From Octopus vulgaris (taxonomy: Eukaryota): a DNA stretch of 64,000 nt. Made by a program: the position numbers and the translations under genes. The stretch's first letter is position 1. Each line of letters opens with the position of its first letter. Of the stretch, positions 1 through 14,117 are shown in pieces. Under the pieces are notes generated by a model. That model saw only the letters and a list, made by a program, of their open reading frames with translations. It was not told where the DNA came from and did not search any database. The DNA lies in NCBI GenBank assembly GCA_951406725.2, contig OX597816.1, positions 143,282,001 to 143,346,000 on the forward strand, in the 5' to 3' direction.

Positions 1-13
1 ATCATATTATAAT

Positions 14-711
14 AATAATGGCTTTAAATTTTGGCACAATGCCAGTAAGTTCGGAGGAGGGGTAAATAGATTACACTGAACTCAGTGATCAACTGATATT
101 TATTTTATCGACCTCGAAAGTATCAAAGGCAAAGTTGACCTCGGCGGAATTTGAAGTCAGAACACGAAGACGGATGCAATACCGCTAAGCATTTTGCCCA
201 ACATGCTAATGATTCTACCATCTCGCCAATAACGGCTTTTGATTTTGTCAGAAAGGCAGCAGAGTGGGGGAGTGAGGATTAGTCGATACCGTCGACCCTA
301 GTACTTGACTGCTACTTGTTATTTTAGTCTTTTCTATTCTAGGCACAAGTCCCGAAATTTGGGGGGGGGGGGCAGTTGATTAGATCGACTCCAGTACCCA
401 ACTAGTATTTAATTTATTGACCCCGAAAGAATGAAAGGCAAAGTCGACCTCGGTGGAATTTGAACTCAGAACGTAAAAACAGACGAAATGCCTATTTCTT
501 TACTACCCACAAGGGGCTAAACACAGAGGGGACAAACAGATTGAGTCGATTATATCGACCCCAGTGCTTAACTGGTACTTATTTAATCGACCCCGAAAAG
601 ATGAAAGGCAAAGTCGACCTCGGCGGAATTTGAACTCAGAACGTAGCGGCAGACGAAATACGGCTACGCATTTCGCCCGGTTTGCTAACGTTTCTGCCAG
701 CTCGCCGCCTT
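14..711 (-). mobile_element. Cluster of about 3 head-to-tail copies of tRNA-derived SINE family A
   Basis: Repeated core GATGAAAGGCAAAGTCGACCTCGGCGGAATTTGAACTCAGAAC (B-box-like GAGTTCAAATTCC on the minus strand); 5' end AGGCGGCGAGCTGGCAGAA near 711. Confidence 0.85.
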
Positions 712-3700
712 GACTTGTTATTTTATTGACACCGAAAGGAAGAGAGCGAAGTTAACCTCAACCAGAATTGAATGTTACATTCAGAGTTGAAATCCCGCCA
801 AGGTCAGCTTTGCATTCCATTCTTTCAGTGTTGATAAAATCGAAGAAAGTCAAATACAAGGTTCGATGCTGTCAACCAACAGCCTCCAAGTTTCTACCTT
901 CAAACTTATGAATTAACTTATGAATTTGCTTTCTCAGGTCACTATCAGTTTTCTCTGGTTCTAGAGCCTTTCTGAAATCTTTGCCTGTCTATTTATGTAT
1001 GTCTTTTTGTCAATACAAAGGGCACGCAAGCATACACACATATATCTATGTTTGGGAAATGTATGTATGTATGTAGGAAGGAGAATAAATTTGTATGTTA
1101 TGATTTTTTCCAAGAACATTAACTGTATTAGAATTCAAACAGGCATCGAAACCAAGTCGTGGAATCGTCCCGCCTAAAATACTAACTTTAATGAGGATTA
1201 CTAAGAAACGCGATGTGACTTTTGTGCATTTCACAAGAACATTAGTAGCTTACAAAAGCAAAAACAGAGGAAAGTTTCATTTTTGCCTCTTGTTTTTTGT
1301 CGTTCACTTGTCCAATTTCTCAATTCCTTAAATCAGCATTAGGCCATCGATTTACTTTCATTATTTAATACTTTCGGAAAATAGGCGTGCCTACGAAACC
1401 TACGTGGTCGCCCTTAATAGTTATGAGTAAAATCGAGGGATAAATATAAATGGACGACTAAGTTTTCTTTAAAAAGTACTTCATGAAATAGCTTTTATAC
1501 AACCTGAAAACATGTCAGAAACATTTTATCGAAGGTTTGAGGCCCAAAAAAAATCGATATCACTCTAACTTTAATTAACTGTAATCAACCATGTGCATTT
1601 GCAGTCAAATGTGTTCTACAGCTGTTTTTCGTGCAATAAACCAGCTGACATGAAAATACTAGGAAAAGGCAGTTTAAGTGAGCAAAAAAGTGAAAATACT
1701 GGTGATTACTAAATTTTCTGAAGATATTCTCAACAAACTTCAATTGAAAGTAGAAAAGACTAATGGATTGCTTATAAAGTGTGAAAAACAGAGAAGAGAG
1801 ACTTTATTGAGTAGCAGTTTCTGTTTGCCTGTTCATGGGTGATTAAAACTTTCCATTTATATTTTTATTCGAAACTAATGTTACTTATCCCATAGTTCTT
1901 ACCACTACGCCGGTGAAAATCGAAATAAAATACGTAAAGCAACAGTCATCAAATGCAAAAGCCAAAGATCTGTTTATTGCTTAAATATCACTTGCAATAT
2001 TCACTTTGGAGATAAAACAGCATTCAATTTGACGTAAAGGTGTCAACACGAGGTATGTACTATGGAAGAGTACATTGTGCTTATCCTAATGTGAAAGTGT
2101 TTGAGTGCAAAAGTTTAATGTTAATTATGAAGTGAAGTTGTATATATTGTGGGCTGAACAGCTCTCGTTCATTTTATTGGCCTCATGACAATTTTGAAAA
2201 GGTTCACTGTGTTAAGATTTACTATCAATCAATTTTCCTTATTTAGAAGTAACAGTCAACAGTTTTAACATCTCAAGAATCTTTAATGCCTAACCTAACC
2301 ATACATCTCCACAACTTAACACCATCCATCTCCACAACTTAACACCATCCAAGTTAATCCTCTTCACCCATACAAACCGTCCAATGGACGAGGGGGGTGC
2401 GTTTGATAGTAACTCCTAAACGTCAACAAATTTACTGACCTTTATTTGATATGAAAATGGCATACATACTATGACAATAAAGCTCCTGATAAGTGAAGTT
2501 CCATACGCTGGTTTCTTCTCTTATAAAGTTAGCCTTACCTCATTAGGTGCTGCATAATGTGTAATAAATGGAAGTTGAGTATAGGTTTGAAGACATTAAT
2601 GTTTAGCAGGTATAAGCTTGATGTACTAGAAATCCTGTGTAGTTCACTTATCTAGTATAATATCAACTTCATTTGTAATACAGCAGCCTTCAACAAGTTT
2701 TGGTCTTTCATCACCTTCACCAGAAGGTCCACTGTTTCCAGTATTACCCAGATTGATCCCTCTTAATTATTATTTGACCTGTTTCTATTATGGAGATCTT
2801 ATAACTTCTACAATCAACTTAGAACCCTTTAGTCAAACTTGCATCAATTCGCAAATAAATACAGTTGTCTTTCCTACACCTCTAACTGCCAATACACCGA
2901 TACCCTATTATTTAGTTGTGGCTCAGTCCCTTTTACTTCTGATCAGACTGACAATCCTGATCTAAGACATTCTAGTCATGACTTTCCTGTCTTTTCTGCC
3001 AGGCACAATGCACACAAGCCAATATCATCCAATGCACTCTTTTATTCTAAGAAGGTAGTGTGTGATATGAGGAAAATTTAGCAACAATTTCTAGCGGTGT
3101 CATTCATTAGCTCTTTCTGTTACTTAGTATATGTGTGTGTGCATGGGTGTAGTGATGCAAAAGGCATATTTTTCTTGTTCAAAAAACATTAAAAAAATTT
3201 CCTGAAAATTCTAGCCATCTGCATTTAAAAGAATACATATATTTCAATGTTGACTGAGTGATTTATCAGTATTTGTTACTATGAATACTAATGTGTATAC
3301 AAAGTACACATAAATGGTGTAATTGAATCTGCCTGCTATAGTTTTGGGACTGGCTTTATCTGAAGTCAAATAGCGCAGTATTTTTTTCATTTCTGATAAA
3401 CATGTTCCTGACAAAACTTTCAACTACCATTAACAAAAACAATGCATTAAAAAAATAGAAAGAAAGGGGAGTGGTTAATATAAGCCCTTAAATGATACTG
3501 TTACATTTTTTCCATTTGTACATCTGCATGTTAAAAAATAATTAGGTCGCTGTAGTACCAACCACTGAAGACTGTTTTTATGTGGTGTTTCAAGAGATGA
3601 ACTGGAGTGAGCCCTCACCTACCTTCTGCAATACAGAAATCTAACACAACACTGATTAATTAAAAATTCATTTTACTGCTTTTTTTCTTTTTTTTAACAA

Positions 3701-4628
3701 CCTGATGACCTTCACTCCTTAAGAATTGTCTTTGATATTCTTCGTTTCTATAAGTAGTAGTCCACAATATAAGGCGTATTCTATACCCAACACTGGCCAA
3801 TCCATTTTTACCAATGGCCTCTTTTCATCAACTTGGAAAATGTATGAAATTTCTCAAAGTTTCTCCAATACAATAAAGGCTCTTGTAGCCTTGTTTTATG
3901 ATGTACCAGAGATATATTTACCACCACAAGGTCCAGTCCTTGTTGCAATGTGGTGGCTTGTGTGCCTCAATGACTGAGAGCTGTGCTAATGGAATGCAAA
4001 TTCCCGATAGGGCCTCCCATGCTGGACAAATCAAAGGTTAGAGGCCATTTTAATATGGACCACCTCTTTCCTGAAGTGAAAGGACCAAAACCCCTTCCTA
4101 CAAAAAAAAAGCTAAGTTACAGAAGCATCAATGACAATGCAAAACCAACAACTCCTGGGAAAGGAAGACCTTCCTTTAAAACATGATTGAAGCAGGGATC
4201 CAACTGGGGAGAAGCAGCTGGGAGTGAAGAGTTGTGGATGACCCATGCTCCATAGAGTGCAAAGGGCTTAAGAAGAAAAAAGAGAAATATTTAGTCTTCT
4301 CAACGTATGTACAATCAGAATCAATCTTTTAAATGTAAAATATTTTGGAAATCTGTACATTTACTTCATAGTTTTAGTTTTGCCCCTTGTGTAAGATGTA
4401 TACCAGTTTTTTTAAATGTAAAATAGCGCAATGTGTACAAGAGTAAATGCAGTATTATTTTCTAGACAACTTCAAATCTTAGCCATGAATACTATACAAT
4501 ACTTATGATGTATCATGTCCATTGCAAAATATAGTTTATAATGTACTTATAAACTATTGACTCTTCAGTTGTCAAAAATTGATCTTTTGCTTATGGATCA
4601 AAAATGGGACAGAAAAGATAAAAAGATT

Positions 4629-4932
4629 CATCATCATCATCATCATTGTTTAACGTCCTCTTTCTATGCTAGCATAGGTTGGATGGTTCGACCGGGGTCT
4701 GGGAAGCCAGGCTCCAGTCTGATCTGGCAGTGTTTCTACAGCTGGATGCCCTTCCTAATGCCAATCACTTCATGAGTGTAGTGGGTGCTTTTTACGTGCC
4801 ACTGACAGAGGGGGCTGGCAAACGGCCACAATCGGTTGGTGCTTTTTACGTGTCAATGACACAGACGCCAGTCAAGCGGCACTAGCATCAGCCACGTTCA
4901 AATGGTGCTTTTTACATGCCACCGGCACGAGT
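4629..4932 (-). mobile_element. Repeat family C (non-autonomous, RTE-like 3' tail ending GGACGTTAAACGATGATGAT)
   Basis: CATCATCAT..TTTAACGTCC..CAGCTGGATGCCCTTCCTAA..GGTGCTTTTTACGTGCCA, shared with more than 10 other copies in the window. Confidence 0.8.
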
Positions 4933-5175
4933 ATACAAAACAAATCAAAGGGTAACAAGGAAAAAGGACTCTATTCAAAAACCAGAACTCCCTTTTTGTG
5001 GGTCACAAACTTATTTTAGAAGCTGTAACTTTTTTTAAACCAATGCAAACCATCATTAGTTTTCTCAGATTTCTGGCTTTTTGTATGTGTATGTGTCTTA
5101 GCAAATAAAGTTTGGCACATTGATAACAATAAAATTATTTGCAGTATATAAATTGGAAGTTATTAAATCCAAACA

Positions 5176-5472
5176 GCCAGTGCTGGTGCTACTTAAAAAG
5201 CATCCAGTCCACACTGTAAAGTGGTTGGTGTTTGGAAGGGCATCCAGCTGTAAAAACCATGCTAAACTGTCCTTGCCTGTGCTTGTGCCATGTAAAAAAA
5301 GCACCCAGTCCACTCTGCTGGGTGGTTGGTGTTAGGAAGGGCATCCAGCCATAAAAACCCTGCCGAAACAGACACAAAAGTTTGATGCAGTCTCCTGCTT
5401 GGCCAGCTCCTATCAAACCGTCCAACTCATGCCAGCATGGAAAGAGGACATTAAACAATGATGATGATGGTG
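5176..5472 (+). mobile_element. Repeat family C copy
   Basis: Internal duplication of GTGGTTGGTGTT.GGAAGGGCATCCAGC and a GATGATGAT tail. Confidence 0.8.
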
Positions 5473-7902
5473 ATGAAACAGATATTCACTTTCTGTTGAT
5501 TGATTTTATTCACTGAAGAATGAGACATTTGAAAGTAAACTTTTCAATTTTTAAAGAACCAACCATTAAAAGATATTTTTATTTACTATTTTTCTGCAAT
5601 TATTCACTTTTTTTTTTATCCCTATCCTTTTCATTTTTTGTCATTTTACTCTTCTTGGATATTTTCATAACCTTGAATCATCTCTCAGGAAATCACTGGT
5701 TCTATGCACAGTGAAGACAAACCTATCTAGGAACCTTAGTTACTACAAATTGCAAACAACTAGCATAAGGCCGAGGATGGCTCTAAGTCCATTAAAACAG
5801 CCTCTCAAGTGCTAGTGTCACAAGAAAAACACCTTAGAACTTCCATTTTTAGCGGCGTCAGCCTTACAAGCCACCCAGTTTAACACCACAACCTCCTCTA
5901 TGGGTGCGGTTAGCAGAGTTCACTTTGTTGCAAATATTCGAAGCAGGATTCCAGATCTTTCTATGCTCACATTTTTCCTATGTCATCTGCATAAATTTTA
6001 CTAGTCTAGGAAAGACTGAAAAGGTCATAGTCACTCCCATCTTTCTTTGATTTATGTAAACAACAACCCACTGCCTTTATATAATAATAATTGTTTCTAA
6101 TTTTAAAAGTCAACTGAATTAATCCTTGATAATTATTAAGTTCTTGATAATTATTGATTCAGATGAGATAAAAGGAAATTATTGATTCTGGTAAGAAGGT
6201 TTGAACTTAGGGCATAGAGGGATAGAAGTAAAATATTGTGTTGCTTTTAGTCTGATGCTCTAGTTCTTTCACCCTCCTACTACCTTAGAAACAAAAAAAA
6301 TAATCCAATAATAATACTAGAAAATGATTTCTTACATGGATTGATGCTAGGAAACTATAGAAACCATGTCAAAACTGAGACACTGGAGCAAGATATTGTT
6401 CTTCAACCCATTACATCTGTTAGACCTTCAAACCCATACTACATGGAAAGTGGACATAAAAATGATGATCATCATCATTGGTACAACACCTCAAATTTGT
6501 AGAATAGGAATCTTGTAAACTGACTTCATTACGTGTCTGAAACATATTTTATCAACTCCTGAATTTGAATCAAAGCATAGTCTAACAAAAACAAAAGCAA
6601 TGGTAAAATTTGTTCTCTTTGCTTACACAAAAAAATATCTTAAAATCTCCATACTGTTCCCATATTCAGTAATAGTCTATGGTGCTAGAATATGATGTTC
6701 CCTCCTAGACGGCCTGTGTAGTTGAGGAATACAATAGAAAAAATAGATTTATCTACTTATCTCTCTTTTATTCATGCAATATTTGAAACATTCATATCTT
6801 TTCTTCTGAATTTTCCAGAAAAAATTTGAACAAATTTCCAATTAAGTTTTCCCAGAAAATTAAATAAAACAATCATGCTGGGACAAACCCTTATCCTCCA
6901 AGTAGTCCAACTTGTTCCAGTCAGTGAATATTTCCTTCCTCCAAAATTCCTTTACATTCAAATACGCCTAAAAAATGACCCTGTAAATAATATAGGAATT
7001 CTTTTACATAACACTAGAGCTATAACCCTCTGAGTAAGTACAAGAATACTTGCACGAATGTGATAACAGTGGCAGAGAAATCTGTTCTTGTCAGTAAACA
7101 ATGGAAAAAAATATCTAACCAGTCACATTGTAAACAACATTTTGCACAGGCACAGCTTTATAATTAAGAGCTTGCTTAGCAACCACATGGTTTTGGTTTC
7201 AGTCCTATTGCATGGCACCCTAGGCATGCCTTATGACTTAGGCTGACCGATGCTTTGAGTGAATTCCAAAGAGAGAAACTGCATGGAAGCCTGTTGTGTG
7301 CATGTCAAATTTGCCTAATGCCAATAGACAACACATCAAGGCAGTAAAAAGTTTGTATACCACTGACCATAAACAAATCACTGAGGTTGAACATTAAGGG
7401 TTGTCTTCCACAAGAGCTTACCATCACAACACAGCTTTTGTTTTTAACAGGTTCATTAGTACTACAAACAGAAATAAAGTAAACGAAGTATATAAAGATG
7501 ATGGCTGACTAGTTGAAAGTATAATTAATGTAGGCAAGAAGTTCATTGTAAAAACAAGAAGCAACATGTTTCACTAAGATTTGTTTTATCAAACTGGCTA
7601 TCAATATCCAGTATGAAAATGCAAAACTATGATTCCCTGAATATTTACTGTTTTGTAATAAAATAATAATTTCAATATTCCAAATATAAAATTGAAAAAT
7701 ATCAATAAAACAAGTATGAGTTTGAACTGTTGGATTTTTTTTAATTTGTTGTTTTTTTCCTATTATCACAGTGTCTTCTTTTATATATTTCATAAAAAAA
7801 AATATTTGCAAAGAAAAAATCTGTTGAGCAGCCTCACTTTACAAGAAATACCCAAAGCTTGAATAGTGATTCATATACAGCATTTAACAGAAATAATGAT
7901 GT

Positions 7903-8070
7903 TTAGCCAGGTTTTAGCGACGCAAAATGTTTGTTACATCTTAACTGGGTTGTGAATTCTGCCAAAAAGTTGCTAATAGGAGAGTCTCGTTCTGACCTCT
8001 TTCCATCAGTAATGACAACCAGAGAAATACGAAATTCCACGAGAGTAATAAAATATGTACTGTGAGCATT
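7903..8070 (-). CDS. KICS2: KICS2 last coding exon (NAHSTYFITLVEFRISLVVITDGKRSERDSPISNFLAEFTTQLRCNKHFASLKPG*)
   Basis: TTTCAG acceptor, TAA stop at 7905-7903. STYF...KRSERDS...FASLKPG closely resembles the human C-terminus STYF...KKSERDS...FASLKPG. Confidence 0.93.
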   Translation of the reverse strand, partial: NAHSTYFITLVEFRISLVVITDGKRSERDSPISNFLAEFTTQLRCNKHFASLKPG

Positions 8071-9812
8071 CTGAAAATAAAATAAATTATAAATGTCATC
8101 ATTTACATACAACAGAATTGAATTAATATTTTGGTTGCTATTTTGTATCAAACATATAAATAATACATGTCAGTGTTAACCTCATGGCAGAGTTTGAAAC
8201 AGAGTTCATTCCTAGTTAAGTGCACCTCACTTCTTGTATTTATAATATGCAGGCAGTCAGTATCTGAGAGAAGAATCGATTCTGTCAGATTGACTTGTCA
8301 TAAAAAAAGAAGGAAAACATTTGATAGTGTCACAACTAACTATTAAGTGTTTTGGAACATTTTCATGTAATGTTAAACACAATTATAATGAACTAAAACT
8401 ATTTTCTTACAATCTGACATTGCAAAAATATTTATGTCTTGTGGAGTCACAACAGAGAATTCAATAGTGAGTCAGCCAACTCGATTGTGTACCAGTAATT
8501 CATGTTCCTTTGAGTTCACTAGAGATTAAGACACTAACACTTACTGGTTCTCTACATATGCTTTATAAGTAGGTTACCCTCAAGAAACTCAGTTAAAACT
8601 GTAAATGAACTGTACATTGATATTTCTTTCTTAGTGAGTCCAGAGTGGCGATGAAAGGATTCGTGGGGTAGCAACATGAATATACATTTCTTAGCCTGTT
8701 CACTGTAACCAATTCAGAGAGGAGGTAGAGTAAAACAAGCCCCAGTAAATGTCTAGTAGTTTATTAACACCAAAGGGACAGAAGGCAAAGGTGGGATGTG
8801 AAGTCAGGGAACAGAGAGCAGCAACAAATACTGTTATTCTATCTAACACTATCAACTGCCAATCTGCTACCTTGTTGACAGCTGAAATCCTTCCACATGT
8901 ACAAGTTAGAGAGGTAGCAGATGAATGATCCATTTACTGATGTCTTTGATTAACATTTTCTTTTATTTACTAAAATCAGATTTAACTGTTGGGAAATAAA
9001 CTGAACTACAGATATGTTCATAAGTTCAAATCTTGTACGAGTATTCTGAAGTGTCACAGAGTATAACTACTTGCTTCATGAACCAGTGAAGAGGTTTCCA
9101 TTGGTCATGGCTTGAATGCTAGCTGAATGATTAAGTTTGCCAGAAAACTATTTTTTGCAGCATGCCATATAAAAAGCACCTGTTCCACATAAATGTGCCT
9201 GTGCTGGTTCCACATAAAAAGCACTCATCACACTCTGTTAAGTGGTTGGTATTAGGAAGGGCATCTAATCGTAGAAACTACACCAAATCAGACTGGAACA
9301 TGGTGCAGCTTTCCTGCTTGTCAGCTCTGGTCAAACTATCAAACCCATGCAAGCATCAAAAATAGACGTTAAAAGATGATGATGTATTGAGAGGATTCTT
9401 TAGACTTGTGGAGGACATTACACAACAACTTCTCTAGTGCTGGTGCAACAATAAAATGCACACAAAACACTCTGTAAAGTGGTTGGTGTTTAGAAGGGCA
9501 TTCAATCAGAGAAACCATACTAAAATAGGCATCTGAGCAAGTTGTAGTCTTCTAACCTCTCTAGGACAGTAACTCCATACAAGAACTAACACAAGCCATA
9601 TCAAACCCTCCAATGCCAGCATGCAAAATAGATCTGAAATGATGATCTTTTGTGGATACTATCAAAAAACAAGACTGCATGAAAAAAAAAACTCAAAAAT
9701 AAATGCAGAGAAACTGGAACTGCTGTATTCTAGTCCACCTTACCTATCTCAACTGGCTGTGGAGAGAGTACAACATACCCAGACTGTCATATGGAACCCC
9801 TATACTCTATAC

Positions 9813-9991
9813 CAGTGGTTTTCAACCAGGGTTCCGCAAGAAGTTACAAAACTGCTAAAATCGGCAGTAATTTTTATTTCTTCTGTGCAGATGTGTGTGC
9901 ATAAGATTATTAAATTATTGCACAGGGGTTCCTCGAGCCAGTGGAATGTTTCCTTGGGGTTCCACTCCAGCAAAAGGGTTGAAAAGCACTG
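9813..9991. mobile_element. hAT-like MITE
   Basis: TIRs CAGTGGTTTTCAACC / GGTTGAAAAGCACTG; 8-bp TSD CTCTATAC / CCCTATAC with one mismatch. Confidence 0.8.
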
Positions 9992-10630
9992 CCCTATACA
10001 TTTCATCAGTACATGTTGGAGTGTGAATCCAATGGTGTGAGCATGGGTCTTGAGTAACCTATACAGTAGCTAAATTGGCCACCTACTTCCCTGTGTGATC
10101 TGCACACACTGCATATGTCAGACATAACTGAAACAACATTTTTAGGTCACATTAGTCATTACTTTGAAAACCTGCATGCTATAGGACTGCTCAATCAGAA
10201 TTGATCAAGGGTTTCAGAACTACTTACTTTAGTATACATATCTAACAAAATAGATTCTATTGCTATTTCATCACTGAGTAATCAAAAAGGTACCCAGACT
10301 AATTAAAAAAAAAATCAATCAATGTATGTGAGTGTAGCTTCTTAAGCCTTTTGAAACCCTATTTCTAAGTAATTTTGAAAATAATCAAGTGTGTTTAGGT
10401 ATTCAATAAAATAACTTTTTTATGTATTGATGTATTAATTGGAGTTTGGAACATAGCCTAACGAAAAGTTCTTATGCAAAATTATGAGAGAAGGATTTAA
10501 ATTAAATATGAACACAAGTGATTTCATATCAAAAAATCAGAGATGGCCTTGGGTGGATTGGTATGAAAAAGGTTAATGAAAGTGGGATTGTGATAAAAAG
10601 AATTAAATACAATAAAAATGTTATGCTTAC

Positions 10631-10735
10631 TTTGTCATAGAACCAGATCACTTTTTCTTGTGATCCTTGATCATGGGACTTCTTTCTGTTGATTATCATC
10701 AAAATATTTGGCCAGTGCTTATGAACATTGCGATC
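10631..10735 (-). CDS. KICS2: KICS2 coding exon 9 (DRNVHKHWPNILMIINRKKSHDQGSQEKVIWFYDK)
   Basis: TTTAG acceptor, AAA|GTAAGC donor, 105 nt, phase 0/0. HWPNILMI and EKVIWFYD resemble human HWPNVIMI and EKVVHFYD. Numbered 9 counting the cassette exon. Confidence 0.93.
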
Positions 10736-11959
10736 CTAAATGAAAAATAAATCGAACTGTTGTTATTACAAATAATAAATGCGAGTACCATCAGAGAAGT
10801 GAAAGGACACCATTTGAAAACACCTTAAATATTGTGTATGAAGTTAAGTCAACTATCCACAAGCAACATTCATGAGTAGATTAGAAGTCTGCAATTCAAG
10901 TTAATGAAACACTTGTCAATTACAAGGTGCTTCCACCTCTTTCAAAAGTGAGTTTACTCAATTATCTTTATAATGCTGGTTAGTATAGTACTGGCAACTT
11001 GACTGAACTTTTTAACAACTAACTCTTTAGCTGATGCAACTATTGACTCAACCAGCTGCATCTTTCACCTGTAATATACTGAGGGGACAGGAGTAATTGA
11101 TCATACACTTTCTCCTATACAATATATTTTTATCTCTAGTAAAAAGATTTCCCCCACTCCAAATGAAATAATATTCCAATGCAGATGTAATTCTATGTTT
11201 GCAAATATAAATGTTACCAAATCAAAGTAATATTGATTTCTCATATACAGACACTAAAATGTATTGTTACAGTAATGCCTTTCTCTAAGCATTAGAGATG
11301 TCAATGGAGGAAAACAGCAGCAAACAAAATTTTAAAGTTTGTGAATATTCAAGGCTAACTTGTGATTATGAATCCTACAACAACACAGGTTTGATGGTGC
11401 ACCACTGAAGTATACCTTCATTTAATGTACCAATGAATAGTCACCTCTCCAAGCAATCAATACAAGAGAAGTTGAAAATAAACACAACAAACTAAAGGCA
11501 CAGTTCTAAATTTTACAGAGATGGTGAGTTGTTCCTTTTCTTTAGTATTTGTTTGTAGGTAGATCAGTTGAGCCAATTTAGAATGACATTTCTTGATCAA
11601 ATATAGCAAATCACAGGTGACAAAATATAAATCCATCAAGTAGCTCATCCACCCTTCAGCCCTACTCATTTTGGCAGCCTGCCTCCCCATCCCCTCATTC
11701 TCCTTCCCACACAATCTTGCAAACTGATTTGAAGAATCACCTTATGCCTTTTGGGGCCACCATTACCTATCTCTTGCAGCTCCCACAGTTCATATTCTCT
11801 TTTTCTTCCCCTACTAGATGCGAGTAGTCAAGCAGATCCCCTACAAGAACCTGCACTGTGCCCCCTTCTCATAGTTCAATGCCCTCATCCCTAGTATGAA
11901 GCTGACCTCTTCTCATTGGGTTCATAGTTCTGCAAAGCTGCATGGCAACCACAATAGTA

Positions 11960-12231
11960 CAGGTGGCACAAAAAAGCACCTAGTCCATACTGTAAGGTGG
12001 TTGGCCACCATTTGAGCGTGGCCGTTGCCAGTACCTCCTGACTAGCCCTCGTGCCGATGGCACATAAAAGCACCTGCTACACTCTCAGAGTGGTTGGCAT
12101 TAGGAAGAGCATCCAGCTGTAGAGACCCTGCCAGATCAGACTGGAGCCTGGTGCAGCCATCTGGTTCGCCAGTCCTCAGTCAAATCGTCCAACCCATGTT
12201 AGCATGGAAAGCAAACGTTAAGCGATGATGA
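11960..12231 (+). mobile_element. Repeat family C copy
   Basis: Same motifs and tail as the other copies. Confidence 0.8.
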
Positions 12232-12446
12232 TCCAGCCAAAGAAACTATTCCTAAATAAGAAATTAGAGCACAATGCAATCATTGGATGCATCAGATCCT
12301 GTCAAATCATCCAACCCATGCCAGCATGGAACACAAACATTAAGTGACAATGATTAATATTAATATTTATAGAATGACAATCAGAGATAGGTATTAATAT
12401 AATTTTATAAAAATACATTTAAAATAACAAATAAATACAAACTTAC

Positions 12447-12612
12447 AGCAGGGTATTTGAAGATTGAAGGGAAAGAGTTGATGCCTTGAGGTTTAGGTAA
12501 ACTCCGACTGGGGTGAAAATAACCATTGTTTGTGTAACAGTGATTTAAACCATTTGTGTCAGCAACTATGAGAAATACAAAAATGTCTGCTTTCTTCTCA
12601 AAATTAGTGATT
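12447..12612 (-). CDS. KICS2: KICS2 coding exon 8 (ITNFEKKADIFVFLIVADTNGLNHCYTNNGYFHPSRSLPKPQGINSFPSIFKYPA)
   Basis: CACAG acceptor, GCT|GTAAGT donor, 166 nt, phase 2/0. GYFHP...PQGINSFPSI resembles human GYHHP...PKGVDQYPAV. Confidence 0.92.
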
Positions 12613-14019
12613 CTGTGAATAAAGAATGAGAATTTCTACTTACTCTGAGAACTGTTTAAATAATGAATAATACAGTTGAAAACAAGGATGGTTTCTTTTA
12701 TCACAAAAAACAAAAAGGCTATATATATATTATCAGCAATACTAACCTTCATTTTAGAAACACTATCTATTCCACTAAATCCAAGTACACACATGTACAG
12801 TAAAATAGCTGCTGAGAAACAAGACAGGTTAAATTCTGTTCTAGATCAACATATATCTCCATGTGACTGTTAAATTATTAAAATTGTTATATGCATTAAA
12901 CAAGCCTATCTCTGTGGTTATAACCAAATTATTTTAATGATTTACTGCTACACCAGGTGAAGCAAACCTTTGTAAAGCAGAAGATAACAAAATTTCAGGA
13001 AAGGCTGAAGTACAGCCCATCTGGGTGCAAGCATGTATATATGATTAAGAAGTTATTTTGCAACAATGTGGTATTTGTTTGGTCCCACTATACTGCACCT
13101 TAAGCAAATGTGAAATTTGATCCATGGAATCTTACAGAAACCTATTGTATGTCTATGTGAGTATATGTATCATTGAAAGAAGTACATTTCAGTCAGAAAA
13201 CTGATGAAAAGCTGGTGCATCAAATAAAAACACTTTGTAGTATTTATCCTGCTCAAGTTGCCTTCTCTTTCCATTCCTATCAGAAATACAATAAATTATT
13301 TGACTCGTTGAAAACCTATAACCGGTTCACAAGACGATCTGAAAACTAATTTATCTGAATTTGAGATAATGCAGTAAGATCTAAATATAGATTATAATCC
13401 AGGATGAACAGGGCTATCCAGGGTATACAAAATGCAGGTTCAAGTAGAGCTAACTAGGGCTACATAACATACTCACAGCAGTTACATATCTCAAAGCTGT
13501 CATATATCAGTATTTAATCAGTTCTATCAAAATGTTAAGAATAATAATTCTTAATAACTGTTAGGATGTGACAATTATTAAATTAACAGACGAACATTTT
13601 AAATTCAAATATCAAATCAGAAGCAATGATCACAAAGTAGGGTAGATAACTCTGTTTACCGCAGAATACGCACAGCTAAAATGCTAAACGAAACTTTTCC
13701 TATATTGCAGTGAAATTGATATAGACTGTATTATATGAAGTGATTGAATTACAAAAGTTTAAAATTACGAAACCATTTAACTCCTGTAAGGTTGGAAAAA
13801 ACTATATCACTGTGTTCAGAGGAATTGTGAAATATTATATAAAACCAATTTCAATAAAATTTAAATGTATAAATTTACAAATAATTCTTTAATAATGGTA
13901 AATGGTTACACAAGGATGGGCGTATTCCCAGTAGATTTGAGAAAATTTTCACTAAAAAGTACAGGGGAGATAACTTTCTAATTGCAAAACATATATAAAC
14001 AAATGAAATGTTTTATTAC

Positions 14020-14117
14020 CGTGTGTAATAATCTTCCGGAAGTTTGGAACAGAGATTCCTCATTTCTAAAGGTGAATTAGCATTCTTGTTAATGATTTCG
14101 TAGAAGTAAATACTAAA
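14020..14117 (-). CDS. KICS2: KICS2 coding exon 7 (FSIYFYEIINKNANSPLEMRNLCSKLPEDYYT-R)
   Basis: TTCTTTCAG acceptor, CG|GTAATA donor, 98 nt, phase 0/2. Resembles human [32 protein letters not shown]. Confidence 0.9.

Noticed and set aside
600-711. tRNA gene
   Set aside because: The A/B-box-like head belongs to a multi-copy SINE; I could not find a cloverleaf.
9621-10040. 139-aa ORF
   Set aside because: It spans a repeat tail and the hAT MITE, has no recognisable domain and lies antisense within a KICS2 intron.
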